A stretch of 64,000 nucleotides of DNA, taken from contig JBEUKZ010000080.1 in NCBI GenBank assembly GCA_048128005.1, forward strand, positions 186,001 through 250,000, read 5' to 3'. Below, one piece after another: positions 61,200-64,000 of this stretch. This DNA is from Veleropilina oligotropha (taxonomy: Eukaryota). The number at the start of each line of letters is the position of its first letter. Position 1 is the first letter of the stretch. The notes beneath the pieces are model-generated. The model saw only the letters and a program-made list of their open reading frames with translations, made no database searches and was not told the DNA's origin. The translations under genes were made by a program, and so were the position numbers.

Positions 61200-61776
61200 T
61201 TTCTTAAATTTGAAAAATATTTAGACTTGTGTACAGATCGACTCCGGATTAAAATTACGAGGCTGCGATGCAGTGCTCATCAACTAGCTATAGAAACAGG
61301 CAGATACCAGAATGTTGCAAGAGAAAATAGACTCTGTAAGGTTTGTGATATGAAATGTATTGAAAATGAGTATCACTTCTTGCTTGTTTGCCCCGTGTAT
61401 CGAAATATTAGAAAAATATATTTCAAAAATTATTTCTGCCACTGGCCGAATACACAGAAATTTAAAGAGTTGCTATCAAATGTTTCTTATTGCCGAAAGG
61501 TGGGAAACTATTTAAATGTAGCTGAAAATGCAAGAGCAAATTTATTGTCGTAGTAATATTAATTTAATTCAAATGTACTTATATTATTATTATTTTATTT
61601 TATTTTTAGTAATATTGCAGCTCCTGCAAATACCTATGTTAGGTTTATGTATTTGTTTATGTATTGTATTTATGTTAACATTTTTGTCAATTTAAATTGT
61701 ACTTTCTGCATATCATATATGTGATGGCGAGAGGCATTATTTCTGCCTACATGCCAAATAAATCACTTCATTCATT
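61200..61776 (+). mobile_element. 5'-truncated LINE 3' end (L2/Crack/CR1 group)
   Basis: FEKYLD...RLRCSAHQLAIETGRY...RENRLCKVC...ENEYHFLLVCPVY (C-terminal CCHC motif; stop 61553), AT-rich UTR, aataaa and ttca tail. Confidence 0.85.
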
Positions 61777-62723
61777 ATATATATCTTCAGTAAAGTACAA
61801 CATGCACAGCTTTAATTACTTAATTACTTGATCAGCATAGTAACATATGTTGTCATAACAAAATTAAACCTAAAAAAGCCGATTATCATTAATCATCTTA
61901 TATTTTTAAAAGTTCTTGCCGACAATCCAGATTACCTTTGCGGTTAGGCCTAATAGCTATGTACTTTGCCGATAAACGCAAACTGGTATTAAATCACTCT
62001 TGCTCAGAGCATGCCAGTTGCGCTAATCCCTATTATTTGGCAACTCTACTGAAACTCTTGATGAAACCGCCATTCTCGCTAGTAATTAAACAATAGACGT
62101 TTTCATAGCATTTATTCCCAATTAATTTGCTTTATTAGCTCTATTGACATCTAATTCTTTGTGAACTACAGGCCTACATCAAAATAGATCGCAACGTTGA
62201 TTCGAAAATTATCTTCGTATTCAATAGTAGAAATTTAAATATCTGGTGCGAGATTATTTTGTAACGCAATATAAAGAGATCTGAAAGTCGGAAAACACTC
62301 GTATATTTCCGTAAATAGTTCCCGAAATTACTGCGCGACATCTATCAACACAAAAGCACGCTTCAATGTTTCAACAAAAGAACGTTGAGTGCTTGTGGTA
62401 AACGGCGTATCAAACGAATATTTTGACAATAATCTTCATGCTCTATCGCGTTCTATCTACACAATTAATGTTGAGGTATATTGTTACAGCATCAACTGTA
62501 TTTGACGAGTTGACGACTTATTAAACGAGTTCCGTTTACCGACTTCAACACTTATGCGGATAAGAAATAACATTGCGAAAATAGCTTTGAGGGAGAAATC
62601 AAGATATTCCGGTAGGAATTTGTCATTTCGGGAGATTTCTGTCATTTCGGGAGTAGGCCATTTTGGGGGTGCCGATTTCGGGAGAATTATACTCCCGGCG
62701 GGAGGTATCACATGTATGCATAT

Positions 62724-63143
62724 CAGGGTTCGATTTAGCATTTTAAATCCAGGAGCCCATGGGGCTCCTAGCATTTCAAATCTAGGAGCCCACACTAATT
62801 TTCAGGAGCCCTTCTAATATTATGCTCGTGCTATTTATACAACATCCATTTTATCTCCCATAAAAGATATGAAAGGAACTCACTATGGATTCCACGTAAT
62901 ATCTCAAAACAAATGTTATATAATCATTATAAACTTCCTTCTTGACTCAGTTTGTCAGTCTTTTATGCTGAAAATTTGTAATATTTTATTATCCTGTTTA
63001 TTACATATTCAGATTCTTCTAAATCCTATGAAGTGCTTACAAATGTATAGGAGCCAGCAGGACTACCTCACCATAGAATCTAGGAGCCCCATGCCATTTC
63101 TAGGAGCCTGGGGCTCCAGGACTACCATATAAATCGAGCCCTG
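62724..63143. mobile_element. hAT-like MITE with 5-bp TSD
   Basis: TIRs CAGGGTTCGATTTA / CAGGGCTCGATTTA (13/14), TSD catat at 62719-62723 and 63144-63148, multiple subterminal aggagccc motifs. Confidence 0.8.
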
Positions 63144-63304
63144 CATATCTACAATAAAATTATGATAAAGAGAGCACAGGGTTGCCTATATAGTATCATT
63201 GAAAAACTTTAACTTTCACTGCGGACGGACGGACAGACGACCGGATGGGCGGATGTACATCATCATTCCATAGGGTCACATCTGCGTTGCATGCGAGCAA
63301 AAAA

Positions 63305-64000
63305 AGAGGTTTTTAAGTAAACCTAGTATTAGTTAGAATATACTTACGTCATTACCTATGCCATAATAGCCCTATTATCGCTAAACCGGAAACTGTGAAA
63401 AAGCGTTTCACTTTCATTTAAACTTACACGCTTACCCCCCCTGCTCTCCTCTCTAGCGTTCCTCCCACGAGATCTGCCCAAGTCTCGCGAGACCTCAGAG
63501 ACCAAGACAGATCTGGTATCCTTTTTAAGTCAGAGGAATCTGCTGTGCGTAGAGGAACTTAGCAAGAGGGGTTGGATGCGAATCCCATGAGCAGGGCGGG
63601 TAGACGTGTAATGACGTAAGTATATTCTAACTAATACTAGGTTTACTTAAAAACCTCTTATTAGTAGCAATATACTCTACGTCATTACCTATGCCAGAAT
63701 AACTTTGGACGGTGGGCTAAGTTCTAACGAAATTAATACCCAAACAAGTTACTTACTTGTCACCATGGAGACAGCTATTATCGCCGACTCGCGTCCGCTC
63801 AGGATGGAATTACTGAGTATTACAATTCTACCCTTACCCCGACAGAATTTTGACCAATGAACCTGGGAAAAAACGCCAGAGGTGTTAGTCGGACAAGGTG
63901 ACGCGAAAGTGCAATCAGCCCCAGGCAAGGCCGGAGGATAAATCCTGTAGGACTTAGATGTCATGGACCGAAGCAGGTTTTAGTAAATCCTGGGCGTCGA
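63305..64000 (-). mobile_element. Right end of a second, diverged DIRS1-like element (family B; continues beyond the window)
   Basis: Terminus 63305-63354 has an exact inverted copy at 63608-63658, followed by a predicted left-end sequence to 63696 (ICR). The ITR and upstream noncoding block align by eye with 10378-11047 of family A. Confidence 0.9.

Overview
AT-rich eukaryotic (invertebrate, probably lophotrochozoan-like) non-genic or intronic DNA dominated by transposable elements and tandem repeats. The main feature is an apparently intact ~7.46 kb DIRS1-type tyrosine-recombinase retrotransposon (3590-11047, +). It has 207-bp ITRs, a right extension, an internal complementary region (ICR), a gag-like ORF1, an RT-RNaseH-methyltransferase ORF2 and an overlapping YR ORF3. 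A near-identical but internally deleted, frameshifted copy lies head-to-head at 1-2745 (-), and the right end of a second, diverged DIRS family lies at 63305-64000 (-). Comparing the two families reveals a shared TAT/TTT recombination core, a TCTCGCGAGA palindrome in the ITR and a ~300-nt noncoding block with conserved base-pairing just upstream of the ICR. ORF1 and ORF3 are in frame and separated by a single UAG followed by hairpins. The rest of the window holds six minisatellite/satellite arrays, Helentron/HINE-like elements (some nested), hAT-like and TTAA-flanked MITEs, tRNA-derived SINEs, two LINE 3' fragments, long palindromes and a degenerate Penelope-type hammerhead ribozyme. No complete host gene is recognisable. 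All alignments and counts were made by eye.
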